Below, piece by piece: positions 27,320-42,625 of a stretch of 64,000 nucleotides of DNA; position 1 is the first letter of the stretch, and the number at the start of each line of letters is the position of its first letter. The stretch comes from the human T2T-CHM13v2.0 reference genome, Homo sapiens: the NCBI RefSeq assembly GCF_009914755.1, contig NC_060944.1; one strand, written 5' to 3'. A program made the translations under genes and the position numbers. The notes beneath the pieces are model-generated. The model worked only from the letters and a program-made list of their open reading frames with translations, did no database searches and was not told where the DNA came from.

Positions 27320-30300
27320 CAATGCATATTCTGGAGATGGAAATTCAGGAATAAGGACCTCTGTAAAAGCAATGAAAATGCTGACAAAAATTGTCAAAAT
27401 CAATTTTATAGAACTCAAAATTAACCAAATTTACAATAATCTGAGGAGCATTCATTCCAGAAAATTGCAAAATCTCAATAAAAACACCAAGATCTGTGAC
27501 TTTGTAATTTGACCTGTTTCCCTCCCCCTTCCTCTTCTCTGTAGCCTTATAACCCGGAAGCCTCACAATCACCCATATCTTTAAAAACCAGTAACGCAGC
27601 CACCAGACGGGGCAGACCAGTTTGAAGCTCCTTATGTAGCCTCATCCCCAGAACATTGTCACTATTTGATTCATCTTGCAGCTCCCTGGAAAGGTGTTGT
27701 TTTTACATGATCTGACTTAAATTTTGCCCTGGAGGAGAAGTCCTAGTCCCAAAGTGTTTTTCAAAAACAATCAGCAGCACCTGTTTAACATCACAGCTGC
27801 CTGGAGCAGTGATACCAATTTAGTCAAACAAGAGCCTAGCCAAAAACGTAGAGAAAGATGTGAGAAGTGAAATATCCACATTGAAAAGATCTGGCATATT
27901 CCTGAGGATCTAGAAGGCTGTTTTGTGAGCAGGCTTGTGTGAGGCCTCGAGAAAGCCTCAATATTTCACATATATTTGGCCTTGAGGTCTTATGCCAGCA
28001 GGAAGTAAAGGCTAAAGCAGAAATCGTAGAACTGCCAAGTGATGCAGATGTGCCCCAACACACACAGAGAGCCCCTTAGCAAAGGATACAAACACTTATT
28101 GATCAAGGAATTTAAGAGAATCTCCGGCCAATCGTTAGCTGACCACTAAGCCAACTGAACAGAGACAACAATAGCAGCACAGCAAAAAAGTGTGGAAATC
28201 TGATTTCCAGAGTTCCCAGGTTCTATTATGTAGAATGTCCAGTTTTCAACACAAATTATGAGACACACATGAAACAGGAAAATATGTCCATACTGAGAAA
28301 TTAAGTATTAATAAAAACTGTCCCCAAAGGGAAACAGATATTGTACCTACTAGGCAAAGACTTTAAAATCAGATTTATAAATATGTTCAAAGAACTAAGA
28401 GAAAGCATGTCTAAACAATTAAAGGAAAGTATAGGGGTGATGTCTAACCAAATAGAGGATATTAATAAAGAGATACAAATTATAAACAAGAACCAAATGG
28501 AAATCCCAGCATTGAAAACACAGTGACTTTTCATAAAATAAGTAAAATGAAATTTTGACTAGAGAGGCTCAACAACAGATTTCAGATGGCAGAAGAAAGA
28601 ATCTATTATCTTGAAGACAAGTTAATTGAGATTATCCAATCTAAGAAACAGAAAAAAAAAGAATAAAGAAAAATGAATCTGTATGTCACCATCAAGCACA
28701 CCAATGTACATATAATGGGAGTCTCAGAGGAGATGAGAGAGAGAAAGAAATGGAAATAATATTTGAAGAAATAATGGATAAAATTTTTCTGAAACTTAAT
28801 GAACTCCACATAGGAGAAAATCAAGGAAATTCACACTTAAACATATTATTATCAAATAGTTCAAAGGCAGAAAGAATCTGAAAATTAAAAAATGAACTCA
28901 TTATATATAATGGATCTTTAATAAGGTTAAAAGGTGACCTCTCATCAGAAACCACAGAGGCCAGAGATTAGTGGGATGACATATTCAAAATGTTGAAAGA
29001 GCAAGGCTGTCAACCAAGAATTAAGAGAAATTAAGACATTCCCAAATAAATAAAAACAGAATTTATCACTAACCAACCTGCCCCACAAGAAATACTAAAA
29101 AGAATCTGCAGGCTGAAATGAAAGGACACTAGAAAGTAACATGAATCCACATAAATAAAGATTCTTGGTAAAGTTAACTGCTTAGATAAATATAAAACAT
29201 AGTACACGTGTATTATTTTTTGTAACTCTCTTTTTTCCTATTTGATTTTTTGAAACTTACTACAAAGCAACAGTAATCATAATAGTGTGGTACTGGCATT
29301 AAAGACAGACATATGGACTCAAAGGAATAGAATAGAGAGCCCAGAAATAAATCTTCACATATATAGCCAAATGATTTTTTGCAAGGGTGCCCAAACCATT
29401 CTGTAGGGGGAAAAGACAGTCTTTTCAACAATTGGTGCTGAGAAAACTGTATATCCAAATGCAAAAGAATGAAGTTGGACTCTTACCTAATAACATATAC
29501 AAAACAAATTCAAAATGGACCAAAGAACTAAATCTAAGAGTTAAAACTATAAAATCCTTAGACGAAAACAGAGGGCAAATATTTCATGACATTGGATTTG
29601 GTAATGCCACCAAAAGCACAAGCAATAAAAGAAAAAATAGACAAATTGGACTTCATCAAAATTAAAAACTTTGTAAACACTATCAATAGAGTAAAAAGGC
29701 AACTCAAAGAATGGGAGAAAATATTTGCAAATCACATTTCTGATAAGGGATTAATATACAGAATGTATGGAGAATCCTTAAAACTCAAGAACAAAAAACA
29801 ATCCAAAATTTTAAAATGAGCAAAAGACTTGAAGAGAGATTTATCCAAAGAAGATATGCAAATGGCCAATAAGCACATAAAAAGATGCTCAACATGACTA
29901 ACAATTAAGAAAATAACACTCATTTGGATGGCTGCTATAAAAAAAAAACCACAGAAAATAATTAGTGTTGGCAAAAATGGCACTTTGGACAGGACAGCCA
30001 CTATGAAAAACTGTATGACAATTCCTCACAGGATCCTGTATAATTTCACTCATGTAAGTTATTAAAGTAGTCAAATTCATCAAGATAAAACTATGATAGT
30101 GGTTGTCAGGGGCTTGGGGTGGGGGAAATTAGGAGTTATTGTTTAATGAGTACAGAGTTTCAGTTTTGCAGGATGAAAAGAGTTCTGGAGATGGATGGTG
30201 GTGACGGTTGAACAACGATGTGAATGTGCTTAATGCCACCGAACAGTGTTCACTTAAAATTGTCAAAATGCTAAATTTTATGTTACGTATATTTTGCCAC

Positions 30301-30732
30301 AAATTTTTTAAAAAATCAATTATTTTAAAAAGACAACAGCATGAAGCAATAATTATAAAACTATGTTTATGTGTTTATAATGTATAAAAACGTAATTTGT
30401 ATGACAATAATTTCACAATGGAAGGGCAAGGAAATTGAGTGTTATTGAAGCAAAATTTGTGTATGCAATTGACATTAAGTTAGTATTAATCTAAACTAGA
30501 TTATTTTTAAAGTTGAGATGCTAATTTTCACCCCAGGGCAACCACTAAGAAAATGACTTAAGAATTATAGTGAAATAAATAACAAGGAAATTAAAATGGT
30601 ACACTAGAAAATATTCAACATAAAATAAGTCAGTGACAGAGGAATAAAAGAACAAAGACTCGGGACAGAAAACAAATGGCAAAATGGCAGATGTAAATCC
30701 TATTTTATCATTAATTACATTAAATGTAAATG
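27320..30732 (+). mobile_element. Old L1M 5' region (5'UTR, ORF1, start of ORF2) with a nested L1MB 3' end at ~29258-30310
   Basis: ORF1-like KDFKIRFINMFKEL...NKNQMEI (28341-28526). The nested part has the ORF2 C-terminal sequence [20 protein letters not shown]...[15 protein letters not shown] and the L1MB 3'UTR (ggagatggatggtggtgacggttg). The host L1 resumes at ~30325 and ends at attacattaaatgtaaatgg. Confidence 0.82.
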
Positions 30733-31079
30733 GCAGCTCAGAGAGGGTCCTGTCAGGGGTACATGCATCTTAACAGAGATTTCATGTGAATAGAATGAGT
30801 GCTTGAGATTTTAATGCTGGAATTTCAGTATCTGCCAGGGAATTGGGGATATACAGTCATATATGTCAAGTAGGGGCACACAGAGTGAAGCTACTAATTA
30901 GGCCGAAATCAGACTGTAAAGAACAGTGTCTTTCAAACGATTCCAGCTGCAAAATGCTTTCTTCAAATCAAACAACTAATGAAACTTTGATGTACATAAA
31001 ATAGTCAGGGAAGTTCTATGATTTAGTGGGTGTTGGGGCCAGGAGCTGGGCTCACTCTACCTCCCCTCGTAGTAAACAT

Positions 31080-31514
31080 TTGTGATGTACTATGTCTTCC
31101 TCCGTATACCACTGTTAACATCCCATATCAAGTGCATGCCATGGCATCTCTCTGCTTTGCTTTCAGAGGAGCTTGAGAAGACTGCTCAGCCATGTGTTGT
31201 GCATTCCAGAAGTGTGGGGGTGTTAACCTCTGGAGGTGACCCACAACCAATGGAGACTGGTATCAGCCCTACAGTTCTAGAGGGACAGTTCTAGGATGTA
31301 TTCCATACAGCTTCTCAGACAGTCCCCAGTAAGACTGAGCCCCAGTTACCCACAGTGATCTACTCATTCACAAACACTTGACCGACATTCCTCCCTTCCC
31401 AGTATCACTCCTAATGCTCCTTCACTTCTGCTTCTTTGACTCACCTCCCAAATCGACTATATGTACCCATGATTATCTTAGGGTTTTGCTTCCAAGGAAA
31501 CCCAAACTAAGACA
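31080..31514 (+). mobile_element. LTR16-type solo LTR
   Basis: cagaagtgtgggggtgttaac...ccaatgg...actgagccccagttacccacag...ends in ggaaacccaaactaagaca. Confidence 0.7.
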
Positions 31515-31689
31515 CCCCTCACCCTGCCCCAACATGTCTCCCAAGACACTTGAAGTCTCCTCTGTGGAATGTGTGTGGCAGTCCCTACCCTAAGCTCTCC
31601 TTCCCTGTGCTTCTCAATGATCTTAACCTTTTGCTCCTCACCTCTGAAAGCCATCTGGACTCAGGGAAAAGTTGACTTCATACAATATT

Positions 31690-32050
31690 TTAAATTCTTT
31701 ATGTATGAGAAAAATAAGATAAACAGGCTATGGTGATTGGATGTGGGAGTTGAGGGGCAGGAGGAGTAGAAGAGGACCACAGGCTTCCAGCTGGAGTTGG
31801 AAGACAGGAACTGACACCATCAAAGCAGGTTAAGGGAAGACAAAAAGACAGCTTGGGACATGTGTTTTTGGTGCTTGAGGGATATCCTGGTGGAGTTTCT
31901 CCAGTAGACATTGGTTATTGTTTTCTGGAACTCAGAAGATAAGAGATATGAAACACATCAAACTACAGGTGATATTCAAAGTCATGGGCATGGATGAGAT
32001 CACTCAAAATAAATGCTTAGAGCAGAAAAAGAATTTAAGAATCACTGTCT
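31690..32050 (-). mobile_element. L2 fragment
   Basis: tgggacatgtgtttttggtgcttgagggatatcc...gtcatgggcatggatgagatcac is L2-like. Confidence 0.6.
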
Positions 32051-32850
32051 TTTAACCATGGTGAATTCTGAAGGCTGGATTTTAGTGGTATTGGAATGAA
32101 GAAACTTTTATTTTCACTTTATACACTTTTGATTTGTTGTTTAATATATACGTATCTGTAGGAGTTGAGAGTGAGAGAAAAGAGTGAAAGACATGGTGAC
32201 AAAGACCCTCCCATGTTGTACCTGCTGCACCCTTCTCCTCACATCCTCTCGGCACCTGTAGGAGGGGGGCCAGCTTCCTAACCCATGACCCAACTCAGTG
32301 GGCAGGTTTGTTCTAACCTCTTGACATTAGCTACGCCAGGTCTGGCCAGCACGGTGCCCAGACATTGCATTCCATGGGGTTTGCTCAAGGGAGGTAAAAG
32401 CTTTATTTGTTCTACAGAGTCACCACCCAACAGTTGCCAAGCCCCTTTGGAATGTTTTGGAGGGCAGTTTCCCAAGATAGGCATCAATAATTACACATAT
32501 TTTTCAGCCTCTTTGAGCAAAGTCATATAGGATTATATATCTGAAATTTTGGTGTAAATTATAATGTGCTGAAAGCACTAACAAGGGGGTTGTTATTATT
32601 ACCCAACTCTTGTCACCAGCAATGGCTTCTTCACAAGCATAAGGCTTCATGAACTTTCAGAGAGGATGGCCTCAAGGTGATCTATGAATCCCAAACTTCT
32701 GTGAGTTGTGAACGTCCTCACAATTTTCACCTTTCTCGGAGAACTATTGATTCTGTCTTTACTTAACTTTTTAATGTTTTTATACTTTTATTGAGATATA
32801 ATTAACATACAATAGAATATAAATCTTAAGTGTTCCATTTGATGAGTTTT

Positions 32851-34463
32851 TGTTATTTTTAACTTTTACTTTAGGTTCAGGGGTACACATGCAGGTTTGT
32901 TACACAGAAAAATTGTGTGTCATGGGGGATTGATGTTCAGATTATTCCATTCCCCCAAGTAATAAGCACAGTACCCAATAGGTAGTTTTTCAATCCTAAC
33001 CCTCCTCCCACCCTCCACCCCCAAGTAGGCCCTGGTGTCTATTGTTCCCTTCTTTGTGTCCATGTATACTCAAAGTTTAGCTCCCACTTATAAGTGAGAA
33101 CGTGTGGTATTTGGTTTTCTGTTCCTGTGTTAGCTAAATTAAAATAATGGTCCCCAGCTCCATCCATGTTGCTGCAAAGGACATAATCTCATTCTTTTTT
33201 ATGGCTGTATAGTATCCCATGGTGTATATGTACCACATTTTCTTTATCCGGTCTACTGTTGATGGGCATTAAGGTTGGTTGCATGTCTTTGCTATTGTGA
33301 ATAGTGCTGCAATAAACATACACGTGCATGTGTCTTTATGGTAGATTTATATTCCTTTGGGTATATATACAAAAATGGGATTGCTGGTTCGAATGGTAAT
33401 TCTATTTTAAGTTCTTTGAGAAATCATCAAACTGCTTTCCAGAATGGCTGAGCTAATTTACATTCCCACCAGCAGTATACAAGTGTCCCCTTTCTCTACA
33501 AACTCACCAGCATCTGTTATTTTTTTGACTTTTTACTAATAGCCATTCTGCCTGGTATGAGATGGTATCTCATTGTGGTTTTGATTTGCATTTCTCCAAT
33601 AATTAATGATGTTGAGCAGTTTTTCATAGGTTTGTTGGCCCCATATATGTCCTCTTTTGAAATGTGTCTGTTTATGTCCTTTGCCCAATTTTTAATGGGG
33701 TTGTTTGTTTTTGCTTGTTAATTTGTTTAAGTTCCTTATAGATTCTGGATATTAGACCTTTGTCAGATGCATGGTTTGCAAATATTTTCTTCCATCCTGT
33801 AGGTTGTCTGTTTACGCTGTTGATAGTTTCTTTTGCTGTGCAGAAGCTCTTTAATTTAATTAGGTCCCATTTGTCAGTTTTTGTTTTTGTTGCAGTTACT
33901 TTTGTCTTCTTTGTCATAAGATCTTTGCCAGGGCCCTTCCTAGATTTTCTTCTAGGGTTTTTGTAGTTTTAGGTTTTACATTTAAGTCTTTAATCCATCT
34001 TGAGTTGGTTTTTGTATATGGTGTAAGGAAGGGGTCCAGTTTCAATCTTCTGCACATGGCTAGCCTGTTATCTCAGCACTGTTTATTGAATAAGGAGTCC
34101 TTCCCCCATTGCTTGTTTTTGTTGACTTTGTCGAAGATCAGATGGTTGTAGGTGTGTGGCTTTATTTCTGAGTTCTCTATTCTGTTACATTGGTCTATGT
34201 GTCTGTTTTTGTACCTGTGCCATGCTGTTTTGGTTACTGATAGCCTTGTAGTATAGATTGATGTTGAGTAATGTGATGCCTCTGGCTTTGTTCTTTTTGC
34301 TTAGGATTGCTTTGGCTATTCAGGCTGTTTGGGCTCCATATGAATTTTAGAATAGTTTTTCTAATTCTGTAAAAAAATATTATCAGAAGTTTGATAGAAA
34401 TAGCATTGAATCTGTACATTGCTTTGAGCAGTATGGCCACTTTAACAATATTGATTCTTCCTA
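32851..34463 (-). mobile_element. 5'-truncated primate L1 (old L1PA/L1PB-type) with 15-bp TSD, inserted in an L1ME 3' end
   Basis: Reverse L1 3'UTR and ORF2 ([21 protein letters not shown]...[20 protein letters not shown]). TSD catttgatgagtttt at 32836-32850 and 34464-34478. Confidence 0.9.
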
Positions 34464-34554
34464 CATTTGATGAGTTTTGATCATTGTACCCACCATGTAA
34501 ATACCACCCAAATCAAGATGTAGAACATTTCCATCTCCTCCCTAAAATAGAATT

Positions 34555-36810
34555 TTTTTAAATTTTTTTCAATTTTTTATGGTGGTAAAATATGCATAGC
34601 ATAAAATTGCCTATTTTAACCATTTTTAAAGGTACAGTTTAGTGATACTAAATATATTCATGTTGTTGTGCAACCATCACCATCATTCATCTCAAAAACT
34701 CTTTTCATCATGCAAAAATAAAATTCTATACTCATTAAACAATAATTCTCCATTCCCCTTTTCCCTGAACCCCTGGAATTTACCATTTTACTTTCTGTCT
34801 CTATAAATTTGACTATTCTAAGTACCTCATATAACTGAAATCACCCCATGGCTATTTTCTTGGTGTGACCATGGGGGTTACATTTAACATCCTAAAGTCA
34901 CTGCACTCTAATTTGAATGTATACCACCTTAACTTAATTAATACACAAAAACTCTGCATCTTTACAGTTCCATCCCCACCCATTCAGTTGTAAATGTCAC
35001 AAAAGTAGTCTCTTAAATCATGTATAAAACAAAAAAGGAATTATAAACCATTGTTACGATAATACTAGCTTTTATACTTGCCCATGTGTTTACCTTTACC
35101 GAGATTGTTATTTCTTCAAACAGCTTTGAGTTACTATATAGTGTCCTTTTATTTCACCTAGAACAGGTTCAGCAGTGACACAGTCCTTCAGCTTTTGTTT
35201 ATCTGGGGATGTCTTAATTTCTCCCTCACTTTCAAAGGACAGTTTTGCTGGATACAAGATTCTTAGTTGATAGTTTTTTCTTTTAGCCTTTTTAGTATAT
35301 CAGCTCACTGCCTTTGGGCCTCTAAAGTTTTTAATGAGAAATTTACTTTTAATCTTATTGAGATTCCCTTGTATGTGATAAGTTGATGGTTTTTGCTGCT
35401 CTTAAGATTTTCTGTTTTTGATTTTTAAGAGTTTGATTTTAATGTGTCTTGGTGTAGGTCTCTTTGAGTTCATTCTACTTGGAGTTCATTGAGCTTCTTG
35501 GATGTTTATATTCATATCTTCATCAAATTTGGGGAGTTTTCAGCAATTATTTCTTAAAATATTTTCTCTGCCCCTTTCTCTCATTCTTCTCCTTTTGGGA
35601 TTCCCACAATGCTTATTTTTGCCCACTTAATGGTGTCCACCACAGGTTTGTTAGGTTATGTTTACTTTTCTTCAATCTTTTTTTTTTTCTATTTCTCATA
35701 TTCAATAATTTCCATTGTCCTGTCTTCAAGTTTGCTGATTCTTTCTTCTGCCTGTTCAAATTTGCTTTTCAATCCCTCTATCAAATGTTTTTTATTTTCT
35801 TGCTTGTACTTTTCAGTTCCAGAGTTTCTGATTCTCTTTTGGTTTTTATCTCCTTTATTAATATTTCCATTTTATTTATACATTTGTTCTTTATTTTCAC
35901 TACATTTTTCTTTAGTTCTTTGAGTATCTTTAAGACAGTTATTCCAAAGTCTTTGTCCAGTAGATCAAGCCTTTTCCAGAAACAGTTTCTGCTAATTTAT
36001 TTTTTCCTTTAAGTGGGCCATACTTTCATGTTTCTTTGTGTGCGTTGTAATTTTTTGTTGAAAACTGGACATTTGAATCTAACAATGTGGTAACTCTGGA
36101 AATCCAATTCCCCCTTACCCAGAGTTTGCAGTTTTTTTGTTTTGTTTATGGCTTTTGATTTTTTTTCTTATAGACTGTCTCTGTGCTGAAAATCAGCCTA
36201 AGGCATAAATTTAAGGTTGTATCGGGTCTTTGCTGAGCCTGCCCCTTTTGGGAGCATGTGCAGTCGTTTTTTAATTTCCTCCATAAATACAGTTGCTTTT
36301 GAATGTCCTAGTGTCTAATATCTGGTCCCCAAAAGCACAAAAACAGAAAAATGAAGGGAAAGTCAGATGTCCCACCCCTTTAAGTACCCTGGAATTTGCT
36401 TCAGCTGGAGGGAGAGGGGCTTGCAGCAATGAGGGGAGGTGTAACAACAATGATTGCCACCTTTTTGGCTGCATCTCTGTGATTAGAAGCAGCAATCAGC
36501 AATCAGAGCACAGATTCCTGATATTTGGAGGACAGGGTCCCTTTTGCCCACTCTGGCTCTTTTAAGCTGCTCCCAGAATGCATGCAAAGTTTCCTACCAT
36601 GGAGAATGGGTAGTTGCTACTGCACTAAAAGCTAAAATTTAGTAAAATTAATTGCAATTTACCATCCAAACCTTCTCTTGGCATTTACAAGCCTTAGGTA
36701 GACTCCAGAGTTTCAAAATAGTTATATAAGACAGAGTCTGGCAGTTCAATTGTTGCCTAGGTGAGGAGGCAGATTCCTTGTGCTTCTTATTCTTCCATGG
36801 CCCTAGAATA
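34555..36810 (-). mobile_element. L1MB 3' end plus an older L1M ORF1/5'UTR fragment
   Basis: Reverse L1MB 3'UTR at 34555-34840, then T-rich antisense ORF1 and 5' region (ggacagttttgctggatacaagattct, tggtaactctggaaatc). Confidence 0.75.
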
Positions 36811-37031
36811 TTCTATTTACTTAATTTTGTTACTTAATATATTTCTTTAAGGCAACTGCCCACTTTTTCTTAGCATCATACTAAGCAATAATATCTATCT
36901 TTTATGAGAAGCCAGACCCAGCTCTGAACTGACACCAGGCCTCATTCTCCAAGTGGACCACCCGTCATATTCCTCATGAGTCTTTCAAAAACATGCAAAG
37001 AAAAAATGAAATAAAAATAAAGTTCACTTTT

Positions 37032-37326
37032 TTCTTTCTTTAGAAACAGGGTCTCACTCTGTTGCCCAGGCTGGAGTGCAGTAGCACCATCATAGCTCAT
37101 TGTAACCTTGAACTCCTGGGCTCAAGCAGTCCTCTCGCCTCAGCCTCCCAAGTAGTTGGGACTACAGGCACTCACCACCGCACCTGTCTAATTTAAAAAA
37201 AAAAATTTTTTTTAGAGACAGGGCCTCACTATGCTGCACATTGCTTGACCTCCTGGTCTCAAGTGATCTTCCCACCTCAGCCTCCCAAAGCGCTGGGATT
37301 ATAGGTGTGAGCCACCATGCCTGGCC
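37032..37326 (-). mobile_element. Alu (AluJ-type)
   Basis: Reverse full Alu. TSD aagttcactttt. Confidence 0.92.
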
Positions 37327-38045
37327 CCGAAGTTCACTTTTTCTAATCAGCTTACTAAAAGGTGAAACGAGAAAATGTTTTTCCCCCTTTTAAAGAAAGT
37401 ATTTTTATTTTTACTTTTTATTAATGACTTACACACTGACTAGGCCTGCCCTTAGCAATTGCCAGGCTGGGGCAGGAGTAGAAACGGAGGCTTATGAATT
37501 TGGTATGCAAATATTTAAAAGTCATAAGTCATGTTAATAAGCTGCTAAAAAATATGCATTGTCTACTCCAGCCTTGACAAATATGTATATTCAAAATGAC
37601 CTAGAAGACTCAGTGTAAATTTTAGACAGCTCCAATTTTGTTTCATAAATAATAGTGTAGAAAAAGCTCCCTACCCCTGGCCCTAGATCATCTCTATCTT
37701 CCTCCCCACCTGTGGCTCTGTGCCACCCTTCAGAGTATAAAATGACACCTTGGGACTCCCAGTTTAAACAACATATCATAGACTTGATCACCCCACTTGT
37801 CCCCACTGAGTACAACAATAAGCCCCAGAAATAACTCAAGAGGCAACAAAAGGAGAACTCTGAGAGGTGGTAAGAAGAAGATGAACTGGTTAGAGATCCC
37901 AGGACTGGAGGAAAAACACAGCAGCCAAGCATCTTACAGCTCACACCCAACAGAGGAAGGAAGGTTACCCAGCCCCAGCCCCAGTATAGCAACTGAAGGT
38001 GGCTCGGGTTTCTGCAGGAAGTAAAAAAGAAAGCACTACCCCAGT

Positions 38046-38075
38046 TTTGTTTGTTTGTTTGTTTGTTTGTTTGTT
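38046..38075. repeat. (TTTG)n microsatellite
   Basis: About 7 units. Confidence 0.9.
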
Positions 38076-38125
38076 TTTTACTGCTTTTCTCTGGTTTTTC
38101 TCTTAGGATAATACTAGCCTCTGAC

Positions 38126-39300
<1,175 letters not shown>

Positions 39301-39704
39301 AAGACACCTCAGCCAACATGTTCAAGTGCTATCGGTACCATCACAAATAGCTGCCCTGGTCCATTTCTCAGATCTGGAGGTACACACAGCAGTGTTCAGT
39401 CCACCAACAAGAGGACTAGCCTGGGAAAGAGACCAGTTCACAATTTACATGCAGGCGCAGAGCTGTTTGATCAGGGTATTCAGTGGTCCCTGACATGGTC
39501 TAGACAGAAGATGGGGTCACAGGCTCCATGTGGACATGGCCCATTGTCCCCACAGGCTCCTGACCCTATAGGGAAGGATATGGTGTATGGCCCAGGTCTA
39601 AGTACAAGTCAAATATCTCTACAAGGTTGGCATGGAAAACATCACCCATCCACTTTTTTTTCCTCCAGTTGCCCCCTCTCCAGTAGCTACTTCTTTCCCT
39701 TTCT

Positions 39705-40725
39705 ACAGGAGGCAGAATTCTAAGATGCTCACCATGAGGGTTAATATCATGTGGCAACTTGACTGGACCATGGAGTTCTCAGATATTTGGTCAAATATTG
39801 TTCTAGGTGTTTCTGTGAGGGTGTTTTGGGTGAGATTAACATTTAAATTGGTAGACTGAGTAAAGCAGATGGCCCTCTCTAATGTGGGTGGCCCTTATCC
39901 AATCAGGTGAAGTCCAGAATAGGACAAAAAGGCTGACTCTCCCCTGAACAAGAGGGAATTCCTCCTGCCTGCCTGACTTCGAATTTGGACATCAGCTTTT
40001 CCCTGCCTTCAGACTCAAACTGAAACATCAGCTCTTCCTGATTCTTGAGCCTGCTGGGCTTCAGAGTAGAACTATACCGTTGGCTGTCCTGGGTCTCCAG
40101 CTTGCTGACTCACCCCGCATATCTTAGCACCTGTCAGCCTCCATCATCACATGAGCCAATTCCTTATAATAAATAAATAAATAAATAAATAAAATCAATT
40201 GGCTCTGTTTTTCTTGAGAACCCTGACTAATATAACCACCAATGACCCTTGTCCTTATAAAATGCCCTCCCTTTTGAGTGTGGATAGAAACTATGAGTAT
40301 GATATCACTCCCATGACTATGTCACATTTATGGCCAAAGGAAAAGTATTCTAGGTAGGCCACATATAATCAGGTGAGCCCTTTGAAAGCAAAGAGTTTTC
40401 TCTGTCTGGTTGCAGAAGAGGAAATCAGAGAGACCTGCTTCAGCTGGCCTGGAAGAAAGCCTGTATGAGCCACTTGGCAAGTGACTATGGGTAGCTTCTA
40501 GGACCTGAGAGCAGTCCTTAGCTGACAGCTAGCGAAAAAACAAAGACCTCAGTCCTAGAACTTCCGGTTTTTCCCAACAATCTGCATAAGCGTGGAAGAG
40601 GACCCCAAGCCTCAGATGAGAAGCGGCCCTGGGTAGCAGCCTGGTTTCAGCCATGTGAGAACATCAGCAGAGAATCCAATTAAATAGCTTAGACCTTCCA
40701 AAACTGTGGAATAGTAAATGCATGG
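39705..40725 (+). mobile_element. MLT1E-type MaLR LTR interrupted by an MLT2 LTR; its 3' end resumes at ~42025-42078
   Basis: ggaggcagaattctaagatg...|...aatgacccttg...ccctcccttttgagtgtgga...cctcagatgagaa, and later ttttaagctgctaagtttgtgg...ttgctacac. Confidence 0.7.
39734..40234 (+). mobile_element. MLT2 (HERV-L) solo LTR
   Basis: ggttaatatcatgtggcaacttgactgg...agtaaagcagatggccctctctaatgtgggtgg...gagaaccctgactaata, with internal (TAAA)n. Flanked by cacca-like direct repeats. Confidence 0.85.
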
Positions 40726-40951
40726 GGTGTTTTTGTTTTGTTTTTCAGAAAGAGTCTTATTTCACATAGACAAGGTCATGATTTCTGGATATTCTTCCTC
40801 ATGCTGCAGAATACAGACTTGTCCTATTTAGTTGATAACTCAAGTTAAAAGGACCCAGGACATTTTCAAAAGACACCACTAATAAGCACACCCCTTCCTC
40901 CACTCTTAGGGTTTTTTTGTTTGTTTATTTGTTTTGTTTTTAAAGAAGAAC

Positions 40952-41240
<289 letters not shown>

Positions 41241-41419
41241 GGCGCGTACTACTCCATTTTTTGGAATGGAATAAATTGAAGAGAAAGAATAGAATTGCCT
41301 AAATAAATTTAAAAAAGTAAATAAGGTTATAATTCTACCTCATGGTATAATTCTACCTCATTAGTGGAGTGCTGCACACACTAACCCAGAATAATACTGG
41401 GCAATTAGATTACATGTTT

Positions 41420-42020
41420 TATTAATTGATGTGAAATTCACATAACATAAAATTAACCACTTTAAAGTGAACAATTCAGTGGGATTTAGGACAATTCAGT
41501 GGCATTTGTGCAAATGGTGACTTCCATACAGTTCTAAAACATTTTCATCACCCTAAACAGGCACCTTATACCCATAAAGCAACTCCTCCTCATTCCTCAC
41601 CTCCAACCCAGCCCTTGGCAACCATCGGCTTTCCATATCACTTTACCTATTCTGGCCATCTCATATAAAAGGAATCAGACAATATATGACTTTTTGTCTG
41701 TCTTCTTTCACTTCGTATAATGTTTTCAAGGTTTAGTACAATTGTTTTCAAGGCTTATCTATGTTGTAAGATGTTATCAGTACTTTGTCTCACTTTTCGG
41801 CTGAGTAATGCTCCATGCATATTCCACCGTTTATCCATTCATCTGAGGATGGGCATTTGGGTTGCTTCTGCCTTTCAGCTATTGTAAATGCTACTACCAT
41901 AACCATGCCTGCACATGTGCTTATTGGAAATTTTACTTCTTTTGAGTATATACTTGCAAGTGGAATTTCTGGGTTTTTTGATAATTCTGTTGAACTTTTG
42001 AGAAACAATGACTTTTTTCA
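41420..42020 (-). mobile_element. L1MB-type 3' end
   Basis: Reverse 3'UTR (aattcacataacataaaattaaccactttaaagtg) and ORF2 tail (KQPKCPSSDEWIN). Confidence 0.8.
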
Positions 42021-42625
42021 TAGATGTTCTTTTAAGCTGCTAAGTTTGTGGGAATTTGCTACACAAAGTTACAAGATAAATTCAACTTTTTTACCTAATT
42101 ATTTTTAAATTTACCTTCATACCTCTAAATAACATGCTCTGAGGAAAATAATTGCTACTTCTTGATTTGCCAGAAAAATAGTGACAACTGTCCCTATGGC
42201 AAATAAGAGCTTACCCCTCTCATATTCCTACCACCATCATGCCAAGTATAGCCTTCCCATCTCCCATCCTCCCAGTACTGTTAAGTCATAACATTGGTTA
42301 CTTTACTATCAGGTGCTTACCTTATTAAGCTTTGTAAATTCACAGTTGATCCATGTAGTAAAATCATGTTTACTTTTCCTTTCCTCAGCAACATTTTGTT
42401 TTCCCTTCCCTGGAGTTAATGATTCAAAGTCTAGCCTTTATATTGACTTAGTTTTCTATACACCCACTACTATTTCAATCCCAAACATTCACTAATTTTT
42501 TAAATAGCCTCTCAAGACTTTTAGACACACCAGGTATTCTATCAGATTTGACATCCTGAGGAAGTTTTGCTTGGAGTCTTCTGATCTGTTGTGCCCTGGA
42601 CTGATTGGTTTTTATACCAAATTCC

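Noticed and set aside
35464-36012. 182-aa Phe/Leu-rich ORF resembling a membrane protein
   Set aside because: It is the T-rich antisense strand of a decayed L1 ORF1, so the composition is an artefact.
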